Of a DNA stretch of 64,000 nt, positions 18,268 to 28,293 are shown piece after piece. The notes below the pieces were generated by a model. The model ran no database searches and was not told where the DNA came from. It saw only the letters and a list, made by a program, of their open reading frames with translations. The translations under genes and the position numbers were made by a program. The first letter of the stretch is position 1. Each line of letters starts with the position of its first letter. The stretch comes from Nitrosarchaeum sp. (GTDB lineage Archaea; Thermoproteota; Nitrososphaeria; Nitrososphaerales; Nitrosopumilaceae), in contig DATIFS010000075.1 of the NCBI GenBank assembly GCA_035455105.1, positions 11,012 to 75,011 of the forward strand, in the 5' to 3' direction.

Positions 18268-18804
18268 CTAATTGATTGTAATTTCAATTTCCTTAGAGTT
18301 GTTTTTAATATTTCCTGGTTCTGTATAATCATGTTTTTGCCAAGATGCAAAGACTTCAGCTCCAATCTTGTGTTTACCTTTACCCAAATCTGAAGCCTTG
18401 ATAACAAATTTTTCATTAAAATCAAATAATTCCTGTCTAACTTCTTCTTCAGTTAATCGAATAAATGGTTCAAAATTTTTGGATACTTGAACCCAAATTC
18501 TTCTATCTTTGTGAGGGTTAACTAATTTGGGATTTCGTGTCCAAAAAATCGCTGCCTTTCTGTAAGTATCAATTGTTTTACCAATCTCTTTCTTTCTAAA
18601 CCCACCAGAAATCATTTTTATTCCATATTTCATTTTGAATGATACATCATTATTGTTATAGGCTTTAGTCCAATTCACCTCATTAAATGCATCTCTTAAT
18701 CCCCCCTCAACTTTAAAACTAACATTGACCTCTATAGTGTCATTTAATGCGTATTCGTCCTTTGTTTTGGTTATTCCTACATCTGAAATCATACTTTCTA
18801 CCAT
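18268..18804 (-). CDS. Hypothetical protein (beta-rich, 178 aa)
   Basis: Long ORF with normal composition; no recognised motif. Confidence 0.7.
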   Translation of the reverse strand: MVESMISDVGITKTKDEYALNDTIEVNVSFKVEGGLRDAFNEVNWTKAYNNNDVSFKMKYGIKMISGGFRKKEIGKTIDTYRKAAIFWTRNPKLVNPHKDRRIWVQVSKNFEPFIRLTEEEVRQELFDFNEKFVIKASDLGKGKHKIGAEVFASWQKHDYTEPGNIKNNSKEIEITIN

Positions 18805-18855
18805 TCTATCCGCTCATAATGATTTATATCCACAATAAGTGCTTTTTCCGAATAC

Positions 18856-19134
18856 ATGAACGCTCAAATAATCAGTTCAGAACCTAAGGAAATTAGTCTT
18901 TCTATCACAGAAACTGATATTGGAATTTTATACATAATTCAACATGAGCTTCTAAAGGAATCAAACATAGATTTTGCAGGCGTAATTGTGAAACATCCTC
19001 TTACTAACGAATGTTGGATGAAAATCAATTCAAATACTAAACCGATGCAAGAAATCAAAAAAGCCACTGATTCAGCATTAAAAATGGCTAATGAATTTAA
19101 ACAATTATTTAATTCTAAAATTAAGGTAAATTAG
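18856..19134 (+). CDS. rpoL: RNA polymerase subunit L (Rpo11)
   Basis: IDFAGVIVKHPL motif; directly upstream of tfs, the conserved archaeal order. Confidence 0.88.
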   Translation: MNAQIISSEPKEISLSITETDIGILYIIQHELLKESNIDFAGVIVKHPLTNECWMKINSNTKPMQEIKKATDSALKMANEFKQLFNSKIKVN

Positions 19135-19446
19135 ATGAAATTTTGCCCCAATTGTGAGGTCAAATTAAAAAAAGGTGATTTAGGTCTTCAATGTCCAAAA
19201 TGTGATTATGTTGAAGGAAAAGAAACTAAACAAACTAAGCAAATTGTTGAAGAACAAGTATCACAATTCAATGTATTAGCTGAAAATGAAGCAACAGAAA
19301 CATTACCTACAATTAAAATTGAATGTGAAAAATGTGGTAATGATGAAGCAGTTTGGTGGATGTTACAAACAAGAAGTGCAGATGAACCTACCACTCAATT
19401 CTACCGATGTTCAAAATGTAGATACACTTGGCGTAATTACGCATAA
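19135..19446 (+). CDS. tfs: Transcription factor S
   Basis: Two zinc ribbons and QTRSADEP (DE acidic tip). Confidence 0.95.
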   Translation: MKFCPNCEVKLKKGDLGLQCPKCDYVEGKETKQTKQIVEEQVSQFNVLAENEATETLPTIKIECEKCGNDEAVWWMLQTRSADEPTTQFYRCSKCRYTWRNYA

Positions 19447-19481
19447 CGTTTAACTGGAACATAAAACTCAAAATATTTAGT

Positions 19482-20228
19482 TTGACTTTCGAAGCAAAAA
19501 CAAGTGGTTCAGATGATCTAAAAGCAATCATCTCAGCTATATCCACACTTGTAGAGGAAGCTACTTTTGTTGCAACAGCAGAAGGAATTACTTTTAGAGG
19601 GATGGATCCTTCTCATGTAGCTTTAATTGATATATCATGGCCTAATTCTGCATTTGAAAAATATGAATGTGATAGTGATATAAAATTTGGAGTTCGAATA
19701 GATGAATTTTCTAAACTTATCAAAAGGGCTGATAAAAAAGATAGTATTGAAATTAGTATTTCTGAACAAAATATGTTACTTGTGACAGTTGGAAAAAATA
19801 AAAAATATAAAATGCGCTTAATTGAAAGTTCTGCAACTGATACACCATTACCAAAAATTCCATATGATTCTAAAATTACTTTATCATCTTCAAGATTTGA
19901 TAAGATTTTGGGAGATGTACAAGTTGTATCTGATTATTTGACTATTCATACATCTGACTCTAAAGCAGACTTTTCTGGAAAAGGTGATTCAGGTGAAGTT
20001 GTAATTGATCTTGAAAAGGACACAGATGAAATAGGCGAAATCTATTCAAAAGAGGATAGTATTGGTACGTATAGCCTAGAGTATCTTAATCCAGTAGTCA
20101 AGGCAGTTGGTACAACTGCAGGTCAAATTACTTGTGAATTTTCTAGCGCAAAACCTCTCAGAATTGAGTTTAAAGTTGCAAATATAGGCAGAATCCACTT
20201 CTATTTGGCTCCTCGAGTGGAAAGTTAA
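19482..20228 (+). CDS. pcn: DNA polymerase sliding clamp PCNA
   Basis: GMDPSHVALI, YSLEYL and FYLAPRVE. Confidence 0.96.
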   Translation: MTFEAKTSGSDDLKAIISAISTLVEEATFVATAEGITFRGMDPSHVALIDISWPNSAFEKYECDSDIKFGVRIDEFSKLIKRADKKDSIEISISEQNMLLVTVGKNKKYKMRLIESSATDTPLPKIPYDSKITLSSSRFDKILGDVQVVSDYLTIHTSDSKADFSGKGDSGEVVIDLEKDTDEIGEIYSKEDSIGTYSLEYLNPVVKAVGTTAGQITCEFSSAKPLRIEFKVANIGRIHFYLAPRVES

Positions 20229-20263
20229 AGCATTTAAAGATTAACTGATTCAGATATTTTGAA

Positions 20264-21667
20264 TTGAGACTTGTCCTAAAATACGGCGGAACATCAATTT
20301 CATCCGCTAAAGATATTCAATCTGTTGCAAAATATGTTAATTCATTATCTAAACATAATGAAATAGTGATAGTTAGTTCTGCAACAAGTGGAACTACAGA
20401 TGATCTAATAGAAATATCACAATCCATTAAAAAAGAAAACAAAGACAAGGCTGAACAGATTGCATCAAAAATTATCAATAGACATAAACAACTTGCAAAA
20501 CAAACAATAAAAAAATCAATAATTAGAAAAAAACTATTAGAAAAATTAGAAGCAGATTTTCGTGAACTTGTTGCATTAATTGAAGGTATAGTCTTGTTAG
20601 GAGAAGTAACTACAAGATCAATGGATTATTTGATTTCATTTGGTGAACGTCTTTCTATAAAATTAATTTCTTTTGCAATTAATGATATAGGTAAAAAATC
20701 AATATCTTTTACTGGCAAAGAAGTTGGAATTGTTACTGATTCAAATTTTGGTGAGTCTAAACCATTAATGGATACTACAAGACTAAGAGTTTCTAAAACT
20801 ATTGATTTACAATTCTCTAAGAAAGTAATTCCAGTAATAGGTGGATTTACAGGAGCAGATCAACATGGACATGTAACTACATTTGGTAGGGGAGGTTCAG
20901 ATTATACTGCAACAATTATTGGTTCTTGTATAAAGGCTGATGAAATCTGGTTAATGAGTGATATTGATGGATTAATGACTGCAGATCCTAAAATTGTTAA
21001 AAATGCAAAATTACTCAAAGAAGTTTCTTATATTGAAGCAATTGAGATGGCCTTATTTGGAGCTAAACAAATCCATCCAAGAACATTTGAACCATTATTA
21101 ACAAAAAAAATTCCAATGAAAATAAGAAATTCCTTTAACTTAAAAAATGAAGGAACTCTCGTAACTGACTCTCCATCAATATCTACTAAAAATACTGTAA
21201 AGTGTGTGAGTAACATCCGTCATAATGGACTAATTGATATACGTGGAGGAAGTATGGTTGGTACTCCAGGTACTGCTGCAAAAATATTCGCAACACTAGC
21301 TAAAGCTAGCATAAATGTAATGATGATTTCTCAAAACCCTTCCGAGTCTAGCATTACTATTGTAGTCAAAAATACTGATCTTGACAAAGCAGTAAACGCA
21401 TTAGAGATGGAACTTTTAGGAAAAATAATTAAAAAACTTGAGGTAACTACTGATGTTGCAATAATTGCACTTATTGGTTTAGGTATGCGTGGTACTGTTG
21501 GTGTTGCATCTCGAGTCTTTGGAGCAATAGAGAAAAAAAAGGTAAATGTTGCAATGATTACTCAGGGTTCATCTGAACTAAACCTAGCATTTGTCGTTAA
21601 AGATTCTGACTCTAGTATTGCAGTTCAGGCTTTACATGATGCATTTGAACTTGATAAAATTAACTAA
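20264..21667 (+). CDS. lysC: Aspartate kinase with ACT domains
   Basis: LKYGGTS, TFGRGGSDYTA, DIDGLMTADP and C-terminal ACT repeats. Confidence 0.95.
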   Translation: MRLVLKYGGTSISSAKDIQSVAKYVNSLSKHNEIVIVSSATSGTTDDLIEISQSIKKENKDKAEQIASKIINRHKQLAKQTIKKSIIRKKLLEKLEADFRELVALIEGIVLLGEVTTRSMDYLISFGERLSIKLISFAINDIGKKSISFTGKEVGIVTDSNFGESKPLMDTTRLRVSKTIDLQFSKKVIPVIGGFTGADQHGHVTTFGRGGSDYTATIIGSCIKADEIWLMSDIDGLMTADPKIVKNAKLLKEVSYIEAIEMALFGAKQIHPRTFEPLLTKKIPMKIRNSFNLKNEGTLVTDSPSISTKNTVKCVSNIRHNGLIDIRGGSMVGTPGTAAKIFATLAKASINVMMISQNPSESSITIVVKNTDLDKAVNALEMELLGKIIKKLEVTTDVAIIALIGLGMRGTVGVASRVFGAIEKKKVNVAMITQGSSELNLAFVVKDSDSSIAVQALHDAFELDKIN

Positions 21668-21707
21668 AAATAAAATCATTTAAGGGAAACAATTTCAAGA
21701 GATTTCA

Positions 21708-23168
21708 TTGAACAAATTTATAATTATTCTAATTCTAGGCGTTTTTATCGTGGGTGCTTTAACAGTTTCATTTGTATCTGATAACTTTGTTGATGCAAAT
21801 TCTACAAAAAAAATTAATTTTACTAAAACAATAACCTCTTCACAAGACCCTGGACAAGAAAACGAAAATTCTCAATTAGCACTAATTTTATCACCAAACC
21901 CAGGTACTCTTTATCATGGTTCTATAACATTTACATCAAGTGAACCTGTTGAAGTAGTTGTTTTACACGAAATCAATAGTAATGACGTACAAGGACAACC
22001 TACATGGACTATTGATGGAAAAACAGTTTATGCAATGTCTCTAATTGATCTCAAGACCAAATCTGCCTCACTTGAATTTACAGGAGCTGCTTTAGCATTA
22101 CATTCGAATAATTCAAAAGAATTTACTACTACAGTTAGTGTTGATGGCTGGATTAGAGGCCAACCAACTGAAATTACCATGCAAAAAATTGAAGTACAAA
22201 AAAATCCACCATTATCATTATTCAAAGCAAATATTGCTGTGTCAATTCCAATGCACGAAGGATTCTATAATGGGAATTCAGTCTTTTATATTATTACAGA
22301 TTCCAGTCAGAAAGAATATGCTGAAACGATTACTAAAAAACAAGGTTGGAAAGTTGAGGTTGCACCAGCAATTAAAAAAATATCTGAAGATGCTTTACAA
22401 ACCATATTTGTTTTTAAGAATGGTGTTAATGGAGACGGAATATATGGACATCAAAAAGAAATTTTTTCGAGTACTCCTTCTCAGGAACTAAAGTATAGCG
22501 CACTAAATTCTGTTATTGAAGTTACATGGAAAAAAGGTCAAAATGCAACAATTCTTGAATCATATGAAGATGTTATTAATGCAGAAAGAAATGGAAGAAT
22601 TGAATTTAATAAAACTGGAATAGTAATCAATACTCCTCAAATAATCTGGCCAGATGGACAGATGCTTGTCAGAAATGAAAAAGAAATCACAGATAATTTA
22701 ACATTTGATGGTGGTCAAATTACTGAAATTAACAAGGATGCGATGATTGTTACATTTGTTGCTCATAGAGGGTGGGGACCAGATGGAAAAACAATCTATT
22801 ACATAATTACTGATGCAACACCTTCTGGCCCAGCAAAATTAATGGGCATACCTTTCTCACCATCATCTGAAAATTTAATTACAAATTCCTCAAAAGCTAA
22901 TCTATTCCAATTCAAAAATGGAATTAAAAGTTCAGGATCATTAGGATTTCAAGCAGGAGTAACTTCTGTAATGCCAGGTGATGAAAATTATAGTCCTATA
23001 TGGCGTATCTTTAACATTGAATGGAATAATCCAGATAATGCCAAAATTCTTGAAACAATATCTGATATTAATTCCTCCAAAATACATGACCAAATTTTAG
23101 TAAGTTTAGCTCGTATTATGAACGATCAATATGTAGTAAATAGTCCAATCATAGATCCACTACAGTAA
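21708..23168 (+). CDS. Secreted or membrane-anchored protein with a duplicated domain (DUF7482-like)
   Basis: N-terminal signal/TM; two related units (GFYNGNSVFYIITD...YSALNSVIEVTW and GWGPDGKTIYYIITD...YSPIWRIFNIEW). Confidence 0.65.
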   Translation: MNKFIIILILGVFIVGALTVSFVSDNFVDANSTKKINFTKTITSSQDPGQENENSQLALILSPNPGTLYHGSITFTSSEPVEVVVLHEINSNDVQGQPTWTIDGKTVYAMSLIDLKTKSASLEFTGAALALHSNNSKEFTTTVSVDGWIRGQPTEITMQKIEVQKNPPLSLFKANIAVSIPMHEGFYNGNSVFYIITDSSQKEYAETITKKQGWKVEVAPAIKKISEDALQTIFVFKNGVNGDGIYGHQKEIFSSTPSQELKYSALNSVIEVTWKKGQNATILESYEDVINAERNGRIEFNKTGIVINTPQIIWPDGQMLVRNEKEITDNLTFDGGQITEINKDAMIVTFVAHRGWGPDGKTIYYIITDATPSGPAKLMGIPFSPSSENLITNSSKANLFQFKNGIKSSGSLGFQAGVTSVMPGDENYSPIWRIFNIEWNNPDNAKILETISDINSSKIHDQILVSLARIMNDQYVVNSPIIDPLQ

Positions 23169-23219
23169 AAATAAAATCAGTAAACGGATAAATTACTTGA
23201 AAGAAAAATCATTGTAAAA

Positions 23220-24014
23220 TTGACTGGTAAACTCTACATAGTTGGTGTCGGACCTGGCCATCACGATCATATGACATTTCGAGCTAAAGAAGTAATTGAA
23301 GAAAGTGATACAATTGTAGGATACGAAACTTATGTCAATCTAGTCCAAGATCTTATTGAAGGAAAAACAGTTCATCGTTATGCAATGACACAAGAAGTAG
23401 AACGGGCTCATCAATGCATTGATTTAGCAAAATCTGGAAAAATAGTCTCACTCGTATCAAGTGGTGATCCGGGTATTTATGGAATGGCTGGATTAATTTA
23501 CGAAACACTTGCAGCATCAAACTGGAATCCTAAAGATGGTTTACAAGTTGAAATAGTTCCAGGTGTTTCTGCTCTAAATTCATGTGCTTCAATAATTGGA
23601 TCTCCATTAATGACAGATTTTGCAGTTGTAAGTATGAGTGATTTATTGGTACCATGGGAAATAATAACTAAAAGAGTTGAAGCTGCAGCACAAGGAGATT
23701 TTGTAATTGTAATTTACAATCCATCAAGTAAAAAACGAATACACCAACTAGTAGATACAAGAAAAATTCTCTTAAAATATAGAAAACCTACAACTCCAGT
23801 AGCAATTATCAAAGGTGCATTCAGAGATTCTCAAACAATTGTTATGACAGATTTAGAAAATCTCCCGAATCATTCTGATCAGTTAGGAATGATTAGCACT
23901 GTAATTATTGGAAATTCATCAACTTATACCTACAAAGATTTAATGATCAATCCTAGAGGTTATAAATCAAAATATAATTTAGAAGAGCAAACAAATCCAA
24001 ATCTTAAAGTCTAG
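23220..24014 (+). CDS. cbiH: Precorrin-3B/cobalt-precorrin-3B C17-methyltransferase
   Basis: VGVGPG, SSGDPGIYGM, VPGVS, DFVIVIYNP and PRGY. Confidence 0.92.
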   Translation: MTGKLYIVGVGPGHHDHMTFRAKEVIEESDTIVGYETYVNLVQDLIEGKTVHRYAMTQEVERAHQCIDLAKSGKIVSLVSSGDPGIYGMAGLIYETLAASNWNPKDGLQVEIVPGVSALNSCASIIGSPLMTDFAVVSMSDLLVPWEIITKRVEAAAQGDFVIVIYNPSSKKRIHQLVDTRKILLKYRKPTTPVAIIKGAFRDSQTIVMTDLENLPNHSDQLGMISTVIIGNSSTYTYKDLMINPRGYKSKYNLEEQTNPNLKV

Positions 24015-25057
24015 TAACTCTTCTTAATCGCTTCGAACAATTCTTCACTTAGATTCAATTTTTCACGAATTGGAGAAATTATCTTAACCAAATATTCTCC
24101 AACAGTTTGTTTAAGATCAGTTGGGTGTAATTTTTTTTCAGCAAAATCAGATTCTAATTGATTATATTCAGTGTATGCCATGTTTCCACCAAATTTCTCT
24201 GGTCTTTCAACTTTAACTTCATTAAATTCATGAAAAATAACATGTTTTGAAATTTCTAACAATGGATTATTTTGAATATTTGACTCCTCACACCATGCTT
24301 TTTTGATCTTTGACCTTATTTCATCATCTGAATTATGAATAAAAACTCCAGAATTTGGATCTGATTTACTCATTTTTCCTAAAATTTGTGAATCGTTTAT
24401 ACTTGTAGGTTTTGAAAGACCTGGCAATAATTTATGATGAACTGCAACTGGAACTTTCCATTTCATTTTAGGAAAGACTTCTCTAACTAACATGTGGATC
24501 TTTCTCTGATCCATACCCGCATGAGCTATATCAACATCCAAAAAATGAATGTCCACTGCTTGCATTGGAGGGTACAATAATTTTGCAAGATCTATCTTTT
24601 CTTCATTTTCGGAACGTCCCATAATAGTAAGTGTTCTCATTGTTCTTGCAAGTGATACATGTTTAGTAAATTTTACAAGATCAGACCAGTATTCTGTTTT
24701 TTCTTTATACAAATCTGAACCTAAAATAATATTTGCATTAGGACACACCAACTTGAAAGCATCATGATAATACTTTGAGACTCTGGAAATCATATCCCAA
24801 TCTCCACCTAATTTATCATTGATCAAGGTATGCCAATCTGCAAGAAATATTGTACAGTTTACACCTGCCTTAACAAAATCATTTATCTTAAAACCTGTAC
24901 TGATTAAACTACCAAGATGCAAGAAACCAGAAATCTCTAAACCAATGTAATGTTTTGGGGAGGAATTTGTTTTAAATAATTCAATTAACTCATCATGTGT
25001 AACTACTTCTTCAGTAGGAGGTCTTTCAATTAATTCAACTTTTTCAGTAATATCCAA
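24011..25057 (-). CDS. tyrS: Tyrosine--tRNA ligase (archaeal type)
   Basis: HLGS (HIGH-like), YPPMQAVD, GMDQRK and KMSKS motifs. Confidence 0.93.
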   Translation of the reverse strand: MDITEKVELIERPPTEEVVTHDELIELFKTNSSPKHYIGLEISGFLHLGSLISTGFKINDFVKAGVNCTIFLADWHTLINDKLGGDWDMISRVSKYYHDAFKLVCPNANIILGSDLYKEKTEYWSDLVKFTKHVSLARTMRTLTIMGRSENEEKIDLAKLLYPPMQAVDIHFLDVDIAHAGMDQRKIHMLVREVFPKMKWKVPVAVHHKLLPGLSKPTSINDSQILGKMSKSDPNSGVFIHNSDDEIRSKIKKAWCEESNIQNNPLLEISKHVIFHEFNEVKVERPEKFGGNMAYTEYNQLESDFAEKKLHPTDLKQTVGEYLVKIISPIREKLNLSEELFEAIKKSY

Positions 25058-25149
25058 ATCAAAACAACTTTTGAGATGTAGGTCTATAAAGTTATTTGAA
25101 TTAGTTGAAATTTACAATATTTGAAATAGTCAAATAACCAATCAATATT

Positions 25150-25368
25150 ATGACACTTGAAGAAGGCTTAGAACTCATTAAAAACTACAAAAAAGGTTTA
25201 CAAAAATTTTTAGATACATTACCTGAACAATCAGTACAAATAGGCTCTGAAATGATTAAAACTCTAACAATGTCTACAAAAAATGAAATTGCAAATTTAG
25301 AATCAATAGAAAAGGCCTTAAAACATTCACCTAAACACAAATCAGATTTATCTGATAATTATAATTAA
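25150..25368 (+). CDS. Small helical hypothetical protein
   Basis: 72-aa ORF with an amphipathic helical pattern. Confidence 0.65.
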   Translation: MTLEEGLELIKNYKKGLQKFLDTLPEQSVQIGSEMIKTLTMSTKNEIANLESIEKALKHSPKHKSDLSDNYN

Positions 25369-25415
25369 TTTTTATTAATGATCTATCAATCAATAATTGG
25401 AATTTACTGAGAATT

Positions 25416-25766
25416 ATGATTGAAGATAAATGGCAACGTGGAGAAAAAAGAATTATCTCAATAATACAAAAATTTACAACTTATAAAAACTGGATTTCTT
25501 TTATGCAATTATCAATAGAAGCAAAAATTGATCATCAAAATTTAACTAATTATATTGATATTTTAATAAAAAAAAATATTATTACAGAATACAAAGGGAA
25601 CAATAAATCAAGACTGTTTTGTATTTCTGGACATCATGATGATATAGAATACCATGAAAAATTTAGAACTTTTACACAAAAAAATCTTATAAGTAAAGAA
25701 GAAGCATATGATAAACTTTCTAAAATCTATAAATTAGGAAAAGATGATCTTTATCACAAATATTAA
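25416..25766 (+). CDS. Hypothetical protein with a putative winged-helix
   Basis: ISFMQLSIEAKIDHQNLTNYIDILIKKNII resembles a wHTH. Confidence 0.5.
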   Translation: MIEDKWQRGEKRIISIIQKFTTYKNWISFMQLSIEAKIDHQNLTNYIDILIKKNIITEYKGNNKSRLFCISGHHDDIEYHEKFRTFTQKNLISKEEAYDKLSKIYKLGKDDLYHKY

Positions 25767-25833
25767 TTCATAACAAATCAAATTTCTAAAAATAAATTTA
25801 TCAAAAAATATTATTTATTGTAAAAAATAAATA

Positions 25834-26019
25834 CTATTTACAATTCTTTTTATGTTTTCTTAGATCATCTGAAGTATCAAACTCTGTTCCACAAACTCTA
25901 CACTTTTCTTTTTTCTTATTATGTGCAATTTCTTGATGCTTTTTCATTCTTTCTGGATCAGTTAACACAGTTCCACATTTCTTACATTTTGTTTCATTAG
26001 AACTTCCAAATAATCCCAT
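25834..26019 (-). CDS. Small double C2H2 zinc-finger protein
   Basis: CKKC-X12-HQEIAH and CRVC-X12-HKKNC. Confidence 0.8.
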   Translation of the reverse strand: MGLFGSSNETKCKKCGTVLTDPERMKKHQEIAHNKKKEKCRVCGTEFDTSDDLRKHKKNCK

Positions 26020-26147
26020 GTTTAGTATAGTATCATCTAGTAGAAAAACTAGTTTTCTTTTAATAGCATGTCAATCCTAAAAAAATTCTCAAAAAACCCT
26101 TAAAAATTACCACATTGTAATTTACGAATACTTTCATAGGTGAAAGT

Positions 26148-26537
26148 ATGACTAAAATCATGGTTTCTAAACAATTTGAGGAACAATTTTTTAAATTTTG
26201 TATTGAAAATAATATCCAATGGGATGATAAGAAAAGACGCTGGAATAAACCATTTCATCCCAAAATTAAAAATATTTGGGTTCAATCTGATACAGGAGAT
26301 TTTCTAAATTCTATTCGTCCTAAAGAAAAAGGCTACTATGATTCTAAATTTTTAGGGTGGGAGCTTGGTGCTATAAAAAAAGAATATTGCTTTTGGTGTG
26401 GCAGAATTATAGAAGAAACAAGAAAAAATGATCCACGTTCAGAAACAGTAAAATTTTGCAATTCAACTCATAGAAAAGCATTTGGTAAAGTCAAATCTGA
26501 TCAAGAAAAACTAGGAAAAATGCTTGCCTTAAAATAA
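26148..26537 (+). CDS. Hypothetical protein with a possible Zn site
   Basis: CFWC...FCNSTH. Confidence 0.5.
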   Translation: MTKIMVSKQFEEQFFKFCIENNIQWDDKKRRWNKPFHPKIKNIWVQSDTGDFLNSIRPKEKGYYDSKFLGWELGAIKKEYCFWCGRIIEETRKNDPRSETVKFCNSTHRKAFGKVKSDQEKLGKMLALK

Positions 26538-26549
26538 ATATTTTTTATA

Positions 26550-27122
26550 TTATCCTTTAGATTCATCTAAACTTTTTCTTGGTTTAGTACTTAGGTAAAA
26601 TGCATGAGTACTAATGATAAATGCTGCAAGAAAAACTTTTGTTGCAAAAACCAAATTCCACGGTCTAGTTGGATCAGGATATGCAATTGATAGCATATCA
26701 ATATTAGGAACATTACCTTTAATCATACCTGCAGTAATCTCTGCATTTAAAACCGTAAAGTTGTATAATACTTCATACAATGTAATAATTGCAAATCCTA
26801 ACAACATAATTTGTAGTAATGCCATTCTCCAACCCACAATTTTATTTCCAGCTGTTCTTCTCCATCCTATTCTTGAAACACAATACCATCCAATAATTGT
26901 AGAAAAAAATATCCACGTCGAAACTCTTGAAAAATTTTCAAATGGTATGAAAGTATTTTGTATTGCTTCTCCCATTACATAAGTTCCATTTTTCATCCAT
27001 TCTATTACAGTGATATAAATTCCAAAAACAAGACATGAAACCATTATGAAGCCACAAACATAGAAAATGTATAGAAAAACTTTGTAACCTGCATCTGATT
27101 TTTCAAGATGATGTTGACTCAT
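26550..27122 (-). CDS. Four-TM membrane protein of unknown function
   Basis: Four hydrophobic segments. Confidence 0.75.
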   Translation of the reverse strand: MSQHHLEKSDAGYKVFLYIFYVCGFIMVSCLVFGIYITVIEWMKNGTYVMGEAIQNTFIPFENFSRVSTWIFFSTIIGWYCVSRIGWRRTAGNKIVGWRMALLQIMLLGFAIITLYEVLYNFTVLNAEITAGMIKGNVPNIDMLSIAYPDPTRPWNLVFATKVFLAAFIISTHAFYLSTKPRKSLDESKG

Positions 27123-27204
27123 TATGCGAATTTCCTAATTTTGAAATATAAAAATTCATGCCTATTTCATGAGATTTATAGACTAGTTTTAAAGAGAATA
27201 TCTG

Positions 27205-28293
27205 TTGAAAATTGCAATTAATGTACCATTTGTAGGTAAAGAAGAAATTTCTGCTATAACCTCAATTCTAAAAAATGGTGCACTCACATCAGCAGCTAAT
27301 TTAGGAGGGAAACATGTTCAATCATTTGAAAAATCAGCATCACTTTTTATAAAATCAAAATATGTAATTGCAGTAAATTCCGGTACGGCAGCTTTACAAG
27401 CTGCACTTTATGCTCTTGATATCAAAAAAGGAGATGAAGTACTAATTCCATCATTTACATTTGTAGCAACAGCAAATTCAGTTGTATCTACAGGGGCTAA
27501 ACCTGTTTTTGTTGATGTACTAAAAGAAAATTATACGATGGATCCTGATGATCTAGAAAAAAAGATTACAAAAAAAACTAAAGCAATAATACCAGTTCAC
27601 CTTTATGGTAACGTAGCATTTATTGATAAAATTTTAGAAATTGCTAAAAAACATAATTTATCTATTATAGAAGATTCTGCACAATCATTAGGTTCTACAT
27701 ACAAAGGCAAACATGCTGGAACTTTTTCTGATTTAGGTTGTTGGAGTATGTATCCTGCAAAAGTAATGACTTCTGGAGAAGGAGGATTTGTTGCTACAAA
27801 CAATAAAAAATTACGAGATCGATTACTAATGATTAGAAATCATGGGATGGTACATGGATATGATACTAGAATATTTGGATTGAATCTACGATTGCCAGAA
27901 ATCAGTGCAGCAATTGCTACAATACAAATGAAAAAACTTCCTAATTTTCTTAAGTTAAGAAAACAAAATGCTGATCTTTTATCAAAATTAATTTCTGATT
28001 TGGATATTATACTCCCACATCAACGAAATCATGAAAATGTAAATTGGTATCTTTATACAATTGCTACATCAAACAGAGATAAAATTTTAAAAAAACTCAA
28101 TGCAAAAGGAATTGGCGCCGCTGCATATTATCCAATTCCAGTTCATAATACACCATTTTATTCACAAAAAATTAAACTTCCAAATACTGAATGGGCATCA
28201 TCACATGTCTTATCTCTTCCAGTACATCCTAAAGTAACAACAAAAAACATTGAATTTATTGCAAAGACTCTTCGTGATGTACTAAATGAATAG
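27205..28293 (+). CDS. DegT/DnrJ/EryC1/StrS family aminotransferase
   Basis: AVNSGTAAL, PVHLYG, IEDSAQS and SMYPAKVMTSGEGG. Confidence 0.93.
   Translation: MKIAINVPFVGKEEISAITSILKNGALTSAANLGGKHVQSFEKSASLFIKSKYVIAVNSGTAALQAALYALDIKKGDEVLIPSFTFVATANSVVSTGAKPVFVDVLKENYTMDPDDLEKKITKKTKAIIPVHLYGNVAFIDKILEIAKKHNLSIIEDSAQSLGSTYKGKHAGTFSDLGCWSMYPAKVMTSGEGGFVATNNKKLRDRLLMIRNHGMVHGYDTRIFGLNLRLPEISAAIATIQMKKLPNFLKLRKQNADLLSKLISDLDIILPHQRNHENVNWYLYTIATSNRDKILKKLNAKGIGAAAYYPIPVHNTPFYSQKIKLPNTEWASSHVLSLPVHPKVTTKNIEFIAKTLRDVLNE

Noticed and set aside
18243-18425. 60-aa minus-strand ORF overlapping the 178-aa gene
   Set aside because: It is an alternative frame inside a longer gene with no recognisable pattern.
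26100-26285. 61-aa minus-strand ORF
   Set aside because: It overlaps the 26148..26537 ORF on the opposite strand and has no motif.
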